IMG/VR virus record: IMGVR_UViG_3300036945_000368
Coordinates: 1-64,000 of that record
Length of the DNA: 64,000 bases
Reading direction: 5' to 3' (one strand)
Origin: a virus
Shown: piece after piece, positions 17,157-26,346 of the stretch
Layout of the letters: every line of letters starts with the position of its first letter
How positions within the stretch are numbered: the stretch's first letter is position 1
Translations under genes and position numbers: made by a program
The notes under the pieces: generated by a model
What the model was told of the DNA's origin: nothing
The model's input: the letters and a program-made list of their open reading frames with translations, nothing else
Database searches by the model: none

Positions 17157-17418
17157 GATACACCTTTACAATCGTTTTAGGTGTTAATTTATCTGGAGGT
17201 TGTTTCTCCATAACTTCAACAGCTCTTTCAAAAGTGTTTACCTTAGCATTGTCAATATAAGCGATAGTCCACCACATGATATCTTCAAAGAATCCACCCA
17301 ACCATGCAGCGCGGTCCTTATATACCCACATTAGACCACACCAGCCACGCTTACGTACAGCAAAATTACCATCGGCAAATTCCACAATATGTGGTTTAAA
17401 AATGTTATAGAACTTCAT
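17149..17418 (-). CDS. Hypothetical protein
   Basis: Likely start MKFYNIFKPH. Confidence 0.65.
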   Translation of the reverse strand: MKFYNIFKPHIVEFADGNFAVRKRGWCGLMWVYKDRAAWLGGFFEDIMWWTIAYIDNAKVNTFERAVEVMEKQPPDKLTPKTIVKVYHG

Positions 17419-17758
17419 ATTCTTTAATTCCTTCTTCAGATGTATAACGAACAAACTTAACACCAAAACCTTTCAGCATTGCTTGACAAGTTGGACAAGG
17501 TTTGGCAATAGCCATATCACCATTGTCATGAAAACGCTGCACTAGAATGCTATGGATATCTTTACGTCCAGATTGTAGCACAGCTGATAACTCAGCATGC
17601 TGGTAAATCTTTTCATTAGACTCTCCAGCCTTAACTGCAAAGTGCTGCATCAAAGGATGAGACTTATTGTAGTTGTTAGTACCAGTTCCTAGTACCTTTC
17701 CTTTGCGATCAAAGCATGTAGCTACAATAGTGTAGCGTTTTCGTACTGACATTAGCAA
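17405..17758 (-). CDS. Second Zn-dependent cytidine-deaminase-fold protein
   Basis: HAEL...AKPCPTC. Confidence 0.8.
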   Translation of the reverse strand: MLMSVRKRYTIVATCFDRKGKVLGTGTNNYNKSHPLMQHFAVKAGESNEKIYQHAELSAVLQSGRKDIHSILVQRFHDNGDMAIAKPCPTCQAMLKGFGVKFVRYTSEEGIKEYEVL

Positions 17759-18201
17759 CTGCCCTTAGCTTTCTTGAGTTTGCGTTGAATAGACGAGAGT
17801 TTGTTACTTTGAATTTTAAGTTTACGCTTCCAACTCTTGAGTTGATTCAGATACGCAAAATCTTCTAAAGTATTTGGATTATCAGGGTCACACAACAACC
17901 AGTGAACTTGGATATCACGGTTGATTAGTTTCTTGACCTCTTCCACCCTAGTTAGTGCAACACGGTTGATGCTGACAAGAAAATCAATGTCTTCGTTAGT
18001 AAGGGTTTCGATATTGTGCAAGATGACAGTGTTGCGTACCTCAAAGTTCACTGGTTCACCACCCAACAGTAAAGCCTCTTGCGTAGGTTTGCCTTGTACT
18101 GATTTCTCAGCACGTTTCCAGAAGATTTCGGCCAGTGTACGTTCATCTTCACCAAGACCCATACGCTCAACCAAGCTATCGAACTCAGATTTCATTTGCA
18201 T
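17752..18201 (-). CDS. Hypothetical protein, first gene of the leftward operon
   Basis: AAGGAG RBS, promoter upstream. Confidence 0.72.
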   Translation of the reverse strand: MQMKSEFDSLVERMGLGEDERTLAEIFWKRAEKSVQGKPTQEALLLGGEPVNFEVRNTVILHNIETLTNEDIDFLVSINRVALTRVEEVKKLINRDIQVHWLLCDPDNPNTLEDFAYLNQLKSWKRKLKIQSNKLSSIQRKLKKAKGSC

Positions 18202-18230
18202 TGCAGCTCCTTTAAGTTATTGAAGCCTCT

Positions 18231-18259
18231 ACTTTACCACAACTTTTTGCTGTTTGCAA
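18231..18259 (-). promoter_or_regulatory. Leftward sigma70-type promoter
   Basis: TTGCAA-17-(TG)TAAAGT. Confidence 0.65.
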
Positions 18260-18291
18260 CACTTATTTTGAAAATATTTCTAACATTGTGC

Positions 18292-18320
18292 TTGCCTTCT
18301 AACAAGAACTATGCTATAGT
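18292..18320 (+). promoter_or_regulatory. Rightward sigma70-type promoter
   Basis: TTGCCT-17-(TG)TATAGT. Confidence 0.72.
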
Positions 18321-18349
18321 GTAGTTTTCAACGTTACAAGGAGAACCCT

Positions 18350-18652
18350 ATGAATGACCCGTATAATCAGTTATCTGTAGCATCAGGTGTTACAGATGGT
18401 AGTACTAACAAACCAGAAGTTTACTATGAAGGTGAACCTAGGTTTTGGTTTTGGTACGATACTGTTCAAGAAGTAGCTAGTTTAGAAAGAGTGTGGAACC
18501 ACCCTGTACTAGGTTTCTGTCGTGATGTACGTACAAGCGCAGTCCTTCGAAAGTTTGATGGTGGTTTTGAGACACGTAACACCATCTACAAAGAACTTAC
18601 ACCACAGATTCGTGCAACTTTTGCACCTAAATTTTTAACAGAGGTAGAATAA
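18350..18652 (+). CDS. Hypothetical protein
   Basis: HPVLG..VRTS.V......FETRNTIY; AAGGAG RBS. Confidence 0.75.
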   Translation: MNDPYNQLSVASGVTDGSTNKPEVYYEGEPRFWFWYDTVQEVASLERVWNHPVLGFCRDVRTSAVLRKFDGGFETRNTIYKELTPQIRATFAPKFLTEVE

Positions 18653-19233
18653 TGTCACAGATTATTTATAATGCTATTCGTACACCCGATGGTACAGTTC
18701 TGCACAGTCGTCATCGTCATGACTACAAAGAACACTTAGATGCTATTACTGGTGAACTGTATATCAATGACGGTGGCAATGATTACCAGCGCCGTAGTGT
18801 AAATACAACACCAGCTGAAGAACTTTCTATCACAATGGATGATTCTCATAGTGTCAAACGACAGTTTATTACATGGAAGACTTACGGTAAGGACGGAGAA
18901 TTTCCAGAAGGTAAGTTGCTCAAATTGTGTGATATGGAGGTTGACCATATTCGTGCTATACTTGATACTCAACACCACATTCATGGTACGTATATTGAAC
19001 AGTTGTTTGCAGATGAGTTAGAATGGAGAGAGGACAACTCTGTAGGCACTTTAGGTGATTTTTCTGAATGGCTTATGGCGGCTCAATCCGGTACAATCGG
19101 ACCTTTCGGTAAACCTATGCCATTGATTACAGAAATTCTTTATGGAGTTTGTAAGAACAACGAAGAACAATTTAAGCAAGTTTGTGATATGATGCAGGTT
19201 GCTTTCGAAGCAGGTCAAAAATTTAAGGAGTAA
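18652..19233 (+). CDS. Hypothetical protein
   Basis: NAIRTPDGTVLHSRHRHDY...DGG.DY motif. Confidence 0.75.
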   Translation: MSQIIYNAIRTPDGTVLHSRHRHDYKEHLDAITGELYINDGGNDYQRRSVNTTPAEELSITMDDSHSVKRQFITWKTYGKDGEFPEGKLLKLCDMEVDHIRAILDTQHHIHGTYIEQLFADELEWREDNSVGTLGDFSEWLMAAQSGTIGPFGKPMPLITEILYGVCKNNEEQFKQVCDMMQVAFEAGQKFKE

Positions 19234-19235
19234 CT

Positions 19236-19373
19236 ATGTCAGAAACTGAAAAATTTTGGGTTGCAGTTGCAGCTAAGTTTGGTGATAACCGTCAGTGGCA
19301 TCAATTGCAACCGCAGGAGCAACATCAGGTTATCATGGGTATCAACATGATTTTATCGGTGGTAGCGCGATGA
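19236..19373 (+). CDS. Small hypothetical protein (45 aa, MSETEKFW...)
   Basis: AAGGAG RBS; ATGA overlap with next gene. Confidence 0.6.
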   Translation: MSETEKFWVAVAAKFGDNRQWHQLQPQEQHQVIMGINMILSVVAR

Positions 19374-19654
19374 AATTCCAAAAGAAACCAGTAATCATTG
19401 ATGCATATCAGTGGGATGGTAGTAGAGGCTGTGCTGAGGATATCTCTGCGCTATTTCCAAAGTTAGTTACTAACTCGTTTGAATATTATATGAATCTAGA
19501 TGACAAACACCCTAACAGTTGGACCATCTATACTCTTGAAGGTTTAATCACAGCAAAGCCAAACGATTGGATTATTAAAGGTGTACAAGGAGAGTTTTAT
19601 CCTTGTAAGCCAGATATTTTTGAACAAACTTATACCCACTGGATTGAAGTATGA
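19370..19654 (+). CDS. Widespread small phage protein (KKPV...TLEG...GEFYPCKPDIF family)
   Basis: Signature motifs; true start MKFQKKP at 19370. Confidence 0.8.
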   Translation: MKFQKKPVIIDAYQWDGSRGCAEDISALFPKLVTNSFEYYMNLDDKHPNSWTIYTLEGLITAKPNDWIIKGVQGEFYPCKPDIFEQTYTHWIEV

Positions 19655-19757
19655 CATTTCCTAAGCTAATTTGGATGAGTCCAAAGATTTTTTATTACGC
19701 AGGTTTGTATCTTAAACTTGGTAACAAACGTTACCGCATATTGAAAGTAGGTCCACG

Positions 19758-20660
19758 ATGATTCCAGAAGGTTTTAAGCCAAGTCTCGCAATTGAACAAG
19801 CTAAGGTTAAGACACAACCAGCACTACGCTATCTCAGTGAAAAGCTTGACGGTATTCGTTGTGTAATCTTTGGTGGTGTTGCGTATAGTCGCAGTCTTAA
19901 AAAGATTCCTAACCTATCAATTCAAGCATATGTAGCGCATCACGCTACAGTACTCGAAGGTATGGATTGTGAAATTATTGTTGGTGACAAGAATGCACCA
20001 GATGTATTCACACAATCAACTTCTGGCGTTATGCGTATTGAAGGTGAACCTGATTTTACTTTGTGGGTGTTCGACTATTACCATCCAGATAAAGTGTGGT
20101 TGGAGCGTTACAATCAGTTGCAAGATATGTATGACCGTGGACGTTTCCCACAACGTGCCCAATTGCTTAAGCATACGTACATGCTTGATGATGAAGATAT
20201 CGATGCAGCTGAAGCCTATTTCCTAGACTTAGGTGCTGAAGGTGTTATGTTGCGCGATGCACATGCTAAATATAAGTGTGGTCGCTCTGGTACAAAGAAT
20301 CCAGAACTACAGAAGGTTAAGCGTTTCGTAGACAAGGAATTTGAAATCATTGGTTGGGAGCCAAAGTACCACAATACTAATGAAGCAAAGACCAATGAGT
20401 TAGGACGCACAGAACGCTCTACAGCTAAAGATGGTATGGTAGCCCTAGATACTATGGGAACGCTCCTTCTACGTACCTCTGAGGGCTTAGAATTCGGTTG
20501 TGGTAGTGGATTCACTGACGCTTTACGTGCAGAGCTGTGGGAGATTCGTGATACACTAGCAGGTCAGCTTGCAAAGGTAAAATATTTCGATGTAGGAACT
20601 GGTTATAGCGTACCTCGCTTTCCAGTGTTTCAAGGTATTCGTCATAAAGACGACATGTAA
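19758..20660 (+). CDS. ATP-dependent DNA ligase
   Basis: SEKLDGIR, EGVMLR, KVKRF, GSGF, PRFPVF. Confidence 0.93.
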   Translation: MIPEGFKPSLAIEQAKVKTQPALRYLSEKLDGIRCVIFGGVAYSRSLKKIPNLSIQAYVAHHATVLEGMDCEIIVGDKNAPDVFTQSTSGVMRIEGEPDFTLWVFDYYHPDKVWLERYNQLQDMYDRGRFPQRAQLLKHTYMLDDEDIDAAEAYFLDLGAEGVMLRDAHAKYKCGRSGTKNPELQKVKRFVDKEFEIIGWEPKYHNTNEAKTNELGRTERSTAKDGMVALDTMGTLLLRTSEGLEFGCGSGFTDALRAELWEIRDTLAGQLAKVKYFDVGTGYSVPRFPVFQGIRHKDDM

Positions 20661-20669
20661 GGAGTAAAT

Positions 20670-21704
20670 ATGTCAGAACGTCAATTAGCAACAATCCGTA
20701 AAATCGCTGCATTAGAACCTATTGAAGGCGCAGATGCAATCGAAGTAGCCGTAGTCGATGGTTGGAAAGTGGTAGTAAAAAAGGGGGAGTTTGCTGTAAA
20801 TCAGTTAGCGGTATATTTCGAATTGGATGCGTGGATTCCAACAGAACTAGCGCCGTTCTTATCCAAAGGTAAAGAACCTCGTGCTTTCGAAGGTATCCGT
20901 GGTGAACGCCTACGTACAGTTAAACTACGTGGTCAAATCAGCCAAGGCTTGTTACTGCCTTATATTGAAACCTTAACTGTTGAACATGAAGGTAATACAG
21001 GCATTGGCGATTGGAAAGAAGGTGATGACGTTACAGAAGCCTTAGGTATTAAAAAGTGGGAGCGTCCTATGAATGCTCAACTTGCAGGTATGGCACGAGG
21101 CAATTTCCCTGCATTAGTACCAAAGACTGACCAAGCACGTATTCAAAACCTTACTCGTGATTTTGAGAAGTTGCAGGAAGATACGTGGTCCATTACCGAA
21201 AAGCTTGATGGTTCGTCTTGCACTTTCTATTTGGATTCAGAAGGTGAATTTCACGTATGCAGTCGCAATCTAGACTTGAAACCTGACGAGGTAAATACCT
21301 TTTGGAAACTTGCCTTGCAATTGGATATCGAAGCTGTTATGCGCCGACATAGCCTATTAGGTATGGCTATTCAAGGTGAAATGATCGGTGAAGGTATTCA
21401 AGGTAATCAGTACAAGACAAGGCTTGACTTTTACGTTTACGACATGTACAATACAAGTACTGGCGAGTACATCTTGCCAATTCAGCTTGAAGCTGCATGT
21501 AAACGTTTAGGTTTAAAGCACGTACCTATTATTGCATCCAACACCGATATCAAAGAACAGACAATTGAATCTATTTTGCAATTTGCAGAAGGTAAGTCTC
21601 AATTGAATGGTAGTGAGAGGGAAGGTTTGGTCTTTAAGAGTAGTACTGTACATTACTTAAGTTTTAAAGCTGTGAGTAATCGTTGGCTCATGAAATATGA
21701 ATAA
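20670..21704 (+). CDS. RNA ligase, Rnl2/DRB0094 family
   Basis: N-terminal OB-like region, TEKLDGSS, SRN, QGE, EGLVFK. Confidence 0.9.
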   Translation: MSERQLATIRKIAALEPIEGADAIEVAVVDGWKVVVKKGEFAVNQLAVYFELDAWIPTELAPFLSKGKEPRAFEGIRGERLRTVKLRGQISQGLLLPYIETLTVEHEGNTGIGDWKEGDDVTEALGIKKWERPMNAQLAGMARGNFPALVPKTDQARIQNLTRDFEKLQEDTWSITEKLDGSSCTFYLDSEGEFHVCSRNLDLKPDEVNTFWKLALQLDIEAVMRRHSLLGMAIQGEMIGEGIQGNQYKTRLDFYVYDMYNTSTGEYILPIQLEAACKRLGLKHVPIIASNTDIKEQTIESILQFAEGKSQLNGSEREGLVFKSSTVHYLSFKAVSNRWLMKYE

Positions 21705-21712
21705 GGAGTAGA

Positions 21713-23446
21713 ATGGCATTATTCGTTAAGCATACGAATTGCGAAAAATGTGGAAGTTCTAATGGCAATGCTATCTATAACGATGGCAGTCATTATTGTT
21801 GGGTATGTCAAGATAAAACACTAAGCGAAGATTATAAGGCCCAACTTGATTCTAAAAAGCGCAAGGGTAAAGTTAAAAAAGTAAAGGAAGTTGAAGATAT
21901 GGAAGTTAAACCTAGCACTAAACCTGCTCTGACTAAAGAAGAAAACCAAGAGTTCAAATCAGAAACCTCTGCAACAGGCAAGGGTTTTAGAGGCATTCGT
22001 GACGAGTTTAATAAGCAGTTCGGTGTACGCTATTCCTTTTCAGAAGAGACAGGCGAAGTAGTTGAACAAGCTTACCCATGTACTCAAGCTGGTGAATTAG
22101 TTGGTTACAAGATTCGTGAAGTGCCAAAGAATTTTTACTCTAAGGCTCGTACTGGTGCTGACTGTGATTTATTCATGCAGTTCAAGTTTAACCGTGGTGG
22201 GCGTTATGTTATTATTACTGAAGGTGAAGTAGATGCGTTATCTGCGTATCAAATGCTTTCTGATTATAATAAAGAACGTAAGAGTGAATATGAAATTGCC
22301 GTAGTAAGTCCAACGACAGGTGCTAGTTCACACAAGCAAATCGCAGGACAGTATAAGTTCTTTGATACGTTTGAACAGATTGTTGTTTCATACGACAATG
22401 ACAAAGCTGGTCAAGCTGCTATTGAGAATATCGTCAAGGTTTTACCTAAGGGTAAAGTCAAGATTATGTCTATGCGTTTTAAGGATGCAAACGAGTACTT
22501 AGAGAAGGGTGAAGAGAAGGCTTTTATTAGTGACTTCTACAACGCTAAGACCTACGTACCAGTTGGTGTATTACCTTCTAGCGGTTTGTATGATCGTATC
22601 TTGAATCAATCTTCAATAGCTAAAATTCCATTCCCACCTTTTATGGGGCAATTGAATGAGCTGTTTATTGGTGGTATGCCATTAGGACATATTATCAACA
22701 TTGCTGCAGATACTGGCATCGGTAAAACTACTCTGGTAAATGAAATGATTTACTATTGGGTATTTAATTCTCCACACATGATTGGTATTGTTTCTATGGA
22801 ACTTGATGCTGGTCAATATGGTGAAGCTTTATTATCTCGACATATTGAAAAGAAGTTAGCTCTTATTCCGACACAGGAAGAGAAATTAGCGTTCTTACAA
22901 TCTGACCGAGTTAGAGCGCAAGCTGACGAATTAATGCTCGATTCCAGTGGTAATTCACGCTTCTATTTGCTAGATAACCGTGATGGTTCAGTGGACGATA
23001 TTAAAGATACTATCGAAGAGTTAGTTGTAGGTTGTGGTGCTAAGGTTATTGTCTTAGACCCGTTACAAGATATCTTAGATGGTTTAGGTAATGAAGAGCA
23101 AGCTGAGTTCATGAAGTGGGCTAAGGGCTTTATGAAAAGCCATAGCGTTACGTTCGTATTCATTAACCACATGCGTAAAACACCTGCTGGTCAAAATGGA
23201 GCCGATAGCGAACAAAACATTATGGGTTCAAGTACCATTATCAAATCTGCATCTGCTAACATCTTGTTGAAACGAGACAAAATGGCAGAAGACGAGTTGA
23301 CACGTAATAGCACAGAAATCAGTGTAACTAAGAACCGTGTATGCGGTTTGACAGGTCCAGCTGGTTCTATCTACTACGACAACAACACGCATACATTGCA
23401 CAACCTGAAAGATTGGATGCAAGCAAACGTAAGCGATGTCAGGTAA
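21713..23446 (+). CDS. Primase-helicase (T7 gp4-like)
   Basis: CEKCGS..CWVC Zn finger, TEGEVDA and YDND TOPRIM, GIGKTT, KNR. Confidence 0.93.
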   Translation: MALFVKHTNCEKCGSSNGNAIYNDGSHYCWVCQDKTLSEDYKAQLDSKKRKGKVKKVKEVEDMEVKPSTKPALTKEENQEFKSETSATGKGFRGIRDEFNKQFGVRYSFSEETGEVVEQAYPCTQAGELVGYKIREVPKNFYSKARTGADCDLFMQFKFNRGGRYVIITEGEVDALSAYQMLSDYNKERKSEYEIAVVSPTTGASSHKQIAGQYKFFDTFEQIVVSYDNDKAGQAAIENIVKVLPKGKVKIMSMRFKDANEYLEKGEEKAFISDFYNAKTYVPVGVLPSSGLYDRILNQSSIAKIPFPPFMGQLNELFIGGMPLGHIINIAADTGIGKTTLVNEMIYYWVFNSPHMIGIVSMELDAGQYGEALLSRHIEKKLALIPTQEEKLAFLQSDRVRAQADELMLDSSGNSRFYLLDNRDGSVDDIKDTIEELVVGCGAKVIVLDPLQDILDGLGNEEQAEFMKWAKGFMKSHSVTFVFINHMRKTPAGQNGADSEQNIMGSSTIIKSASANILLKRDKMAEDELTRNSTEISVTKNRVCGLTGPAGSIYYDNNTHTLHNLKDWMQANVSDVR

Positions 23447-23449
23447 CAG

Positions 23450-23487
23450 TTGACGTAAGCCCTAAGTTGTGATAGACTTGGGGCTTA
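23450..23487 (+). promoter_or_regulatory. Promoter of the polymerase gene overlapped by a hairpin
   Basis: TTGACG-17-TAGACT; TAAGCCCTAAGTT/GACTTGGGGCTTA. Confidence 0.62.
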
Positions 23488-23507
23488 TTGCATTTTGAAA
23501 GGAAGTT

Positions 23508-25799
23508 ATGCGTTTTATTATCGACATTGAGAGTACAAATCTTTTACAAAACGGTTTAGATTACTCTGTAATGCCTTATGCACTGAAGCCTGATTACAAG
23601 GTATGGTGTGTTGTCATCCGTAACCTAGATACTAAGGCCGTGATTTCATTGGTTAAAGAAGAGATCACTAAGGAACGTATTCAGCATATCCTACGCGACT
23701 GCACCGAAATTATCGGTCATAACATTGTGGCCTTCGACTTGCCAGTGCTTAAGCTGTATGGTGTTATGGAGTATCGTGTAGGTTATCCAGATCAACCATC
23801 TACAGTGTTCGGCATCCCTTGTAAGATTACCGACACGCTATTATGGTCAAAATTGCTCAGTCCTGATCGTTTTGGTGGACATAGCCTTGATGCATGGGGT
23901 AAGCGTTTAGGTAACCACAAAACTCACTTTGAAGAATGGGACCGTTTTTCTCAGGAGATGCTGGATTACTGTATTCAAGATACAAGCGTCAACGAGACTG
24001 TGCATTATGAGTTGATTGAAGAGCAAGGCGATCATCCTTGGGACCGCGCATACTCTGTTGAAGTTAAACTCACAGATTTAACACTACGTCAAGAGTTATT
24101 CGGCTTTGATTTTAACGTACAACTGGCAGAGCAAAACCTTGCAGAGCTTAACAAGATGATGCAAGATATCGCTGTAAAAGTTGACCCACTGTTGCCAAAG
24201 AAGCGCATGTCTAAGGTAGCTGCAAGCTTCTACGAGTTACCTAAGATTAGATTTAAAAAGAACGGTGATGTATCATCTAACTTGCTCAAGTTCTGTGAAA
24301 AGACCGGCGCTGTATTATCTGAGAATAAGGAAACGATTGTTCTCGAAGGGAAAACATTTCCGCTGAATACTGACGAACCATTAAAGACACACGTAGATGC
24401 TGACATTGAAGATATAGATGTAGTAAAGGGTTACTTGATTTCATTAGGTTGGGAACCAACAGAAGTTAAAGAACGTGACATTGTTAAGAAGACAGATAAA
24501 TCAATTCGTACCTATGCGGAAATCTTAGTTGCTATTGAACGCTACGTTGCACAAACCGAAACGTCTGTATTCCGTGAGTTGCGCTTAGACTTGATTGGCT
24601 GCAGTATGAACAATCTAAAACGTTATTTAGAAGGTAAGATTGATGGTAGCAAGCCAATCTATCTACCCACTACACCGAAGCTGACAGTAGGCGTTGAAAA
24701 AGAAATCTGTCCTGCACTAATTCAGTTAGGTGAGAAAGCCGACTTCGTGAAAGATGTTGTGCATTACTACACGTACCGTCACCGCCGCAATTCAATTGCT
24801 GGTGGTGTACTGGATGAAGATGGCGACCCTGTAACTGGTTTCTTAAGTAACGTCCGTGAAGATGGTCGTATTCCTACGCCTGCAGATACTTTAGGCGCTA
24901 ATACTGGTAGGTATCGTCACAAGATTGTATGTAATGTTCCTCGTGTAACTTCGTTATATGGTGAGCAAATGCGTAACTTATTCGGCGCTGGTAAAGGGTT
25001 GTGGCAACTAGGCTATGACTTTGCATCACTAGAAGCTCGTGTAATGGGTCACTACGTATTGCCATACACTGATGGGGAAGCATTGGCTATTTCATTGATT
25101 GCAGAGAAGCCCAACGATATTCATAGTATCAACGCACGTAAATTAGGTATTGACCGTAACTCAGCGAAGTCATTTAGCTACGCTGCTATTTACGGTGCTC
25201 AACCTAAGAAGCTTGCAAAGATGCTAGGTATTTCATTAGACGAAGCTAAGGTACTATTCAACAACTATTGGGATGCTGTACCTGCATTGAAGCAGTTAAA
25301 AGAAGACTTAGAGAAAGCATGGGTATCACGCGATAAGAAGCACATTAAAGGGTTGGATGGTCGTCTACTATCAACACGTAGTAAACACAGCCTTATTAAC
25401 GTTCTATTTCAATCTGGCGGTGCTATTGCTGCTAAGTGGTCTGCTGTTCGTTTAGCTCAAGCTATGGAAGAGCGTGGTATCTTGGGTGACCCGTTTGTTA
25501 ACGATAAAACCGAAGCTAAGGTGTGGTGGTTGATTCACATGCATGACGAACAACAAATGGCTTGTCACCCTTCATTGATGCAAGTTAAGAGTTTTGCTAC
25601 CGATGATGAAGCTAAGGCTGCACTATGCGAAGGTTCTAGTGCAATTGGTCACGGTTCTAAGGGGGCATATGTTGGTTTTAAGACACAGCCAGTTGAGTGC
25701 ATTGATATCGGTATCAAGCAAGCGGTTAAGGAGTTAGGTTTAAGAGTTGAGTTAGGCTTTGAGTGGATACCCGGTATGTCTTGGGGACAATGCCATTGA
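23508..25799 (+). CDS. DNA polymerase, family A, with 3'-5' exonuclease
   Basis: DIES, HNIVAFD, YCIQD; DFASLEAR, RNSAKSFSYAAIYG, HDE. Confidence 0.95.
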   Translation: MRFIIDIESTNLLQNGLDYSVMPYALKPDYKVWCVVIRNLDTKAVISLVKEEITKERIQHILRDCTEIIGHNIVAFDLPVLKLYGVMEYRVGYPDQPSTVFGIPCKITDTLLWSKLLSPDRFGGHSLDAWGKRLGNHKTHFEEWDRFSQEMLDYCIQDTSVNETVHYELIEEQGDHPWDRAYSVEVKLTDLTLRQELFGFDFNVQLAEQNLAELNKMMQDIAVKVDPLLPKKRMSKVAASFYELPKIRFKKNGDVSSNLLKFCEKTGAVLSENKETIVLEGKTFPLNTDEPLKTHVDADIEDIDVVKGYLISLGWEPTEVKERDIVKKTDKSIRTYAEILVAIERYVAQTETSVFRELRLDLIGCSMNNLKRYLEGKIDGSKPIYLPTTPKLTVGVEKEICPALIQLGEKADFVKDVVHYYTYRHRRNSIAGGVLDEDGDPVTGFLSNVREDGRIPTPADTLGANTGRYRHKIVCNVPRVTSLYGEQMRNLFGAGKGLWQLGYDFASLEARVMGHYVLPYTDGEALAISLIAEKPNDIHSINARKLGIDRNSAKSFSYAAIYGAQPKKLAKMLGISLDEAKVLFNNYWDAVPALKQLKEDLEKAWVSRDKKHIKGLDGRLLSTRSKHSLINVLFQSGGAIAAKWSAVRLAQAMEERGILGDPFVNDKTEAKVWWLIHMHDEQQMACHPSLMQVKSFATDDEAKAALCEGSSAIGHGSKGAYVGFKTQPVECIDIGIKQAVKELGLRVELGFEWIPGMSWGQCH

Positions 25800-25854
25800 T
25801 TGTTGCAAATGCTAATTTGTATGCTATACTGCATGCATCTTGAAAGGATTAGAA

Positions 25855-26058
25855 ATGTTGCGAGGAATATCACTTGACTATGAAACTGCAGACAGAATCA
25901 CTGTGCTGGTTCTTAAAGAACAACTGAGCTTTATGCAAGAATCATTAAGAGCAAAACTGGAAGATGACAAGTACCTACACCCAACTGACTCAGAACTGTA
26001 TACAGAAAAGTATATTCCATCAATAAAAATGTTATTAGAATATTTTGGAGAACAGTGA
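25855..26058 (+). CDS. Hypothetical protein
   Basis: Likely start MLRGISLD after AAGGA. Confidence 0.65.
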   Translation: MLRGISLDYETADRITVLVLKEQLSFMQESLRAKLEDDKYLHPTDSELYTEKYIPSIKMLLEYFGEQ

Positions 26059-26081
26059 ATTCTATGTTATAATGCAATTAA

Positions 26082-26156
26082 GCGTTTGTAGTACAATGGA
26101 AAGTACAACAGGTTTCTACCCTGTGAATGGTGGTTCGATTCCATCCAGACGCACCA
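26082..26156 (+). tRNA. tRNA-Arg(UCU)
   Basis: GCGTTTG/CAGACGC acceptor, ACAGG-TTTCTAC-CCTGT anticodon arm, GGTTCGATTCC T arm, encoded CCA; TGTTATAAT promoter upstream. Confidence 0.92.
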
Positions 26157-26346
26157 GATAAGCCCCGCTATGCTTGTTACTCGTATCCCTAGAGCCAGCA
26201 GCACACTTCAGCGCCATATGAGCATAAATCTTGCCGCATATGGGTAAAATACATGTTACAATTGGTCGTGTAACAGTACGGACCTCCAGACCTGCGGATT
26301 GTCGTCCAATAGGAAAAGACACTACAACAACTGTTTAGGGACAGAG
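26157..26346 (+). ncRNA. Candidate structured ncRNA A (multibranch)
   Basis: TCCCTAGA/TTTAGGGA closing stem; CCATATG/CATATGG and TGTTACA/TGTAACA hairpins; no plus-strand ORF. Confidence 0.5.

Noticed and set aside
26082-26156. Amber suppressor tRNA (CTA) and stop-codon recoding
   Set aside because: In the 7-nt loop TTTCTAC the anticodon register is TCT; core genes are intact in the standard code
26157-26230. Theta/HDV-like ribozyme after the tRNA
   Set aside because: The first helix closes a simple 8-nt loop; the nested double-pseudoknot could not be built by eye
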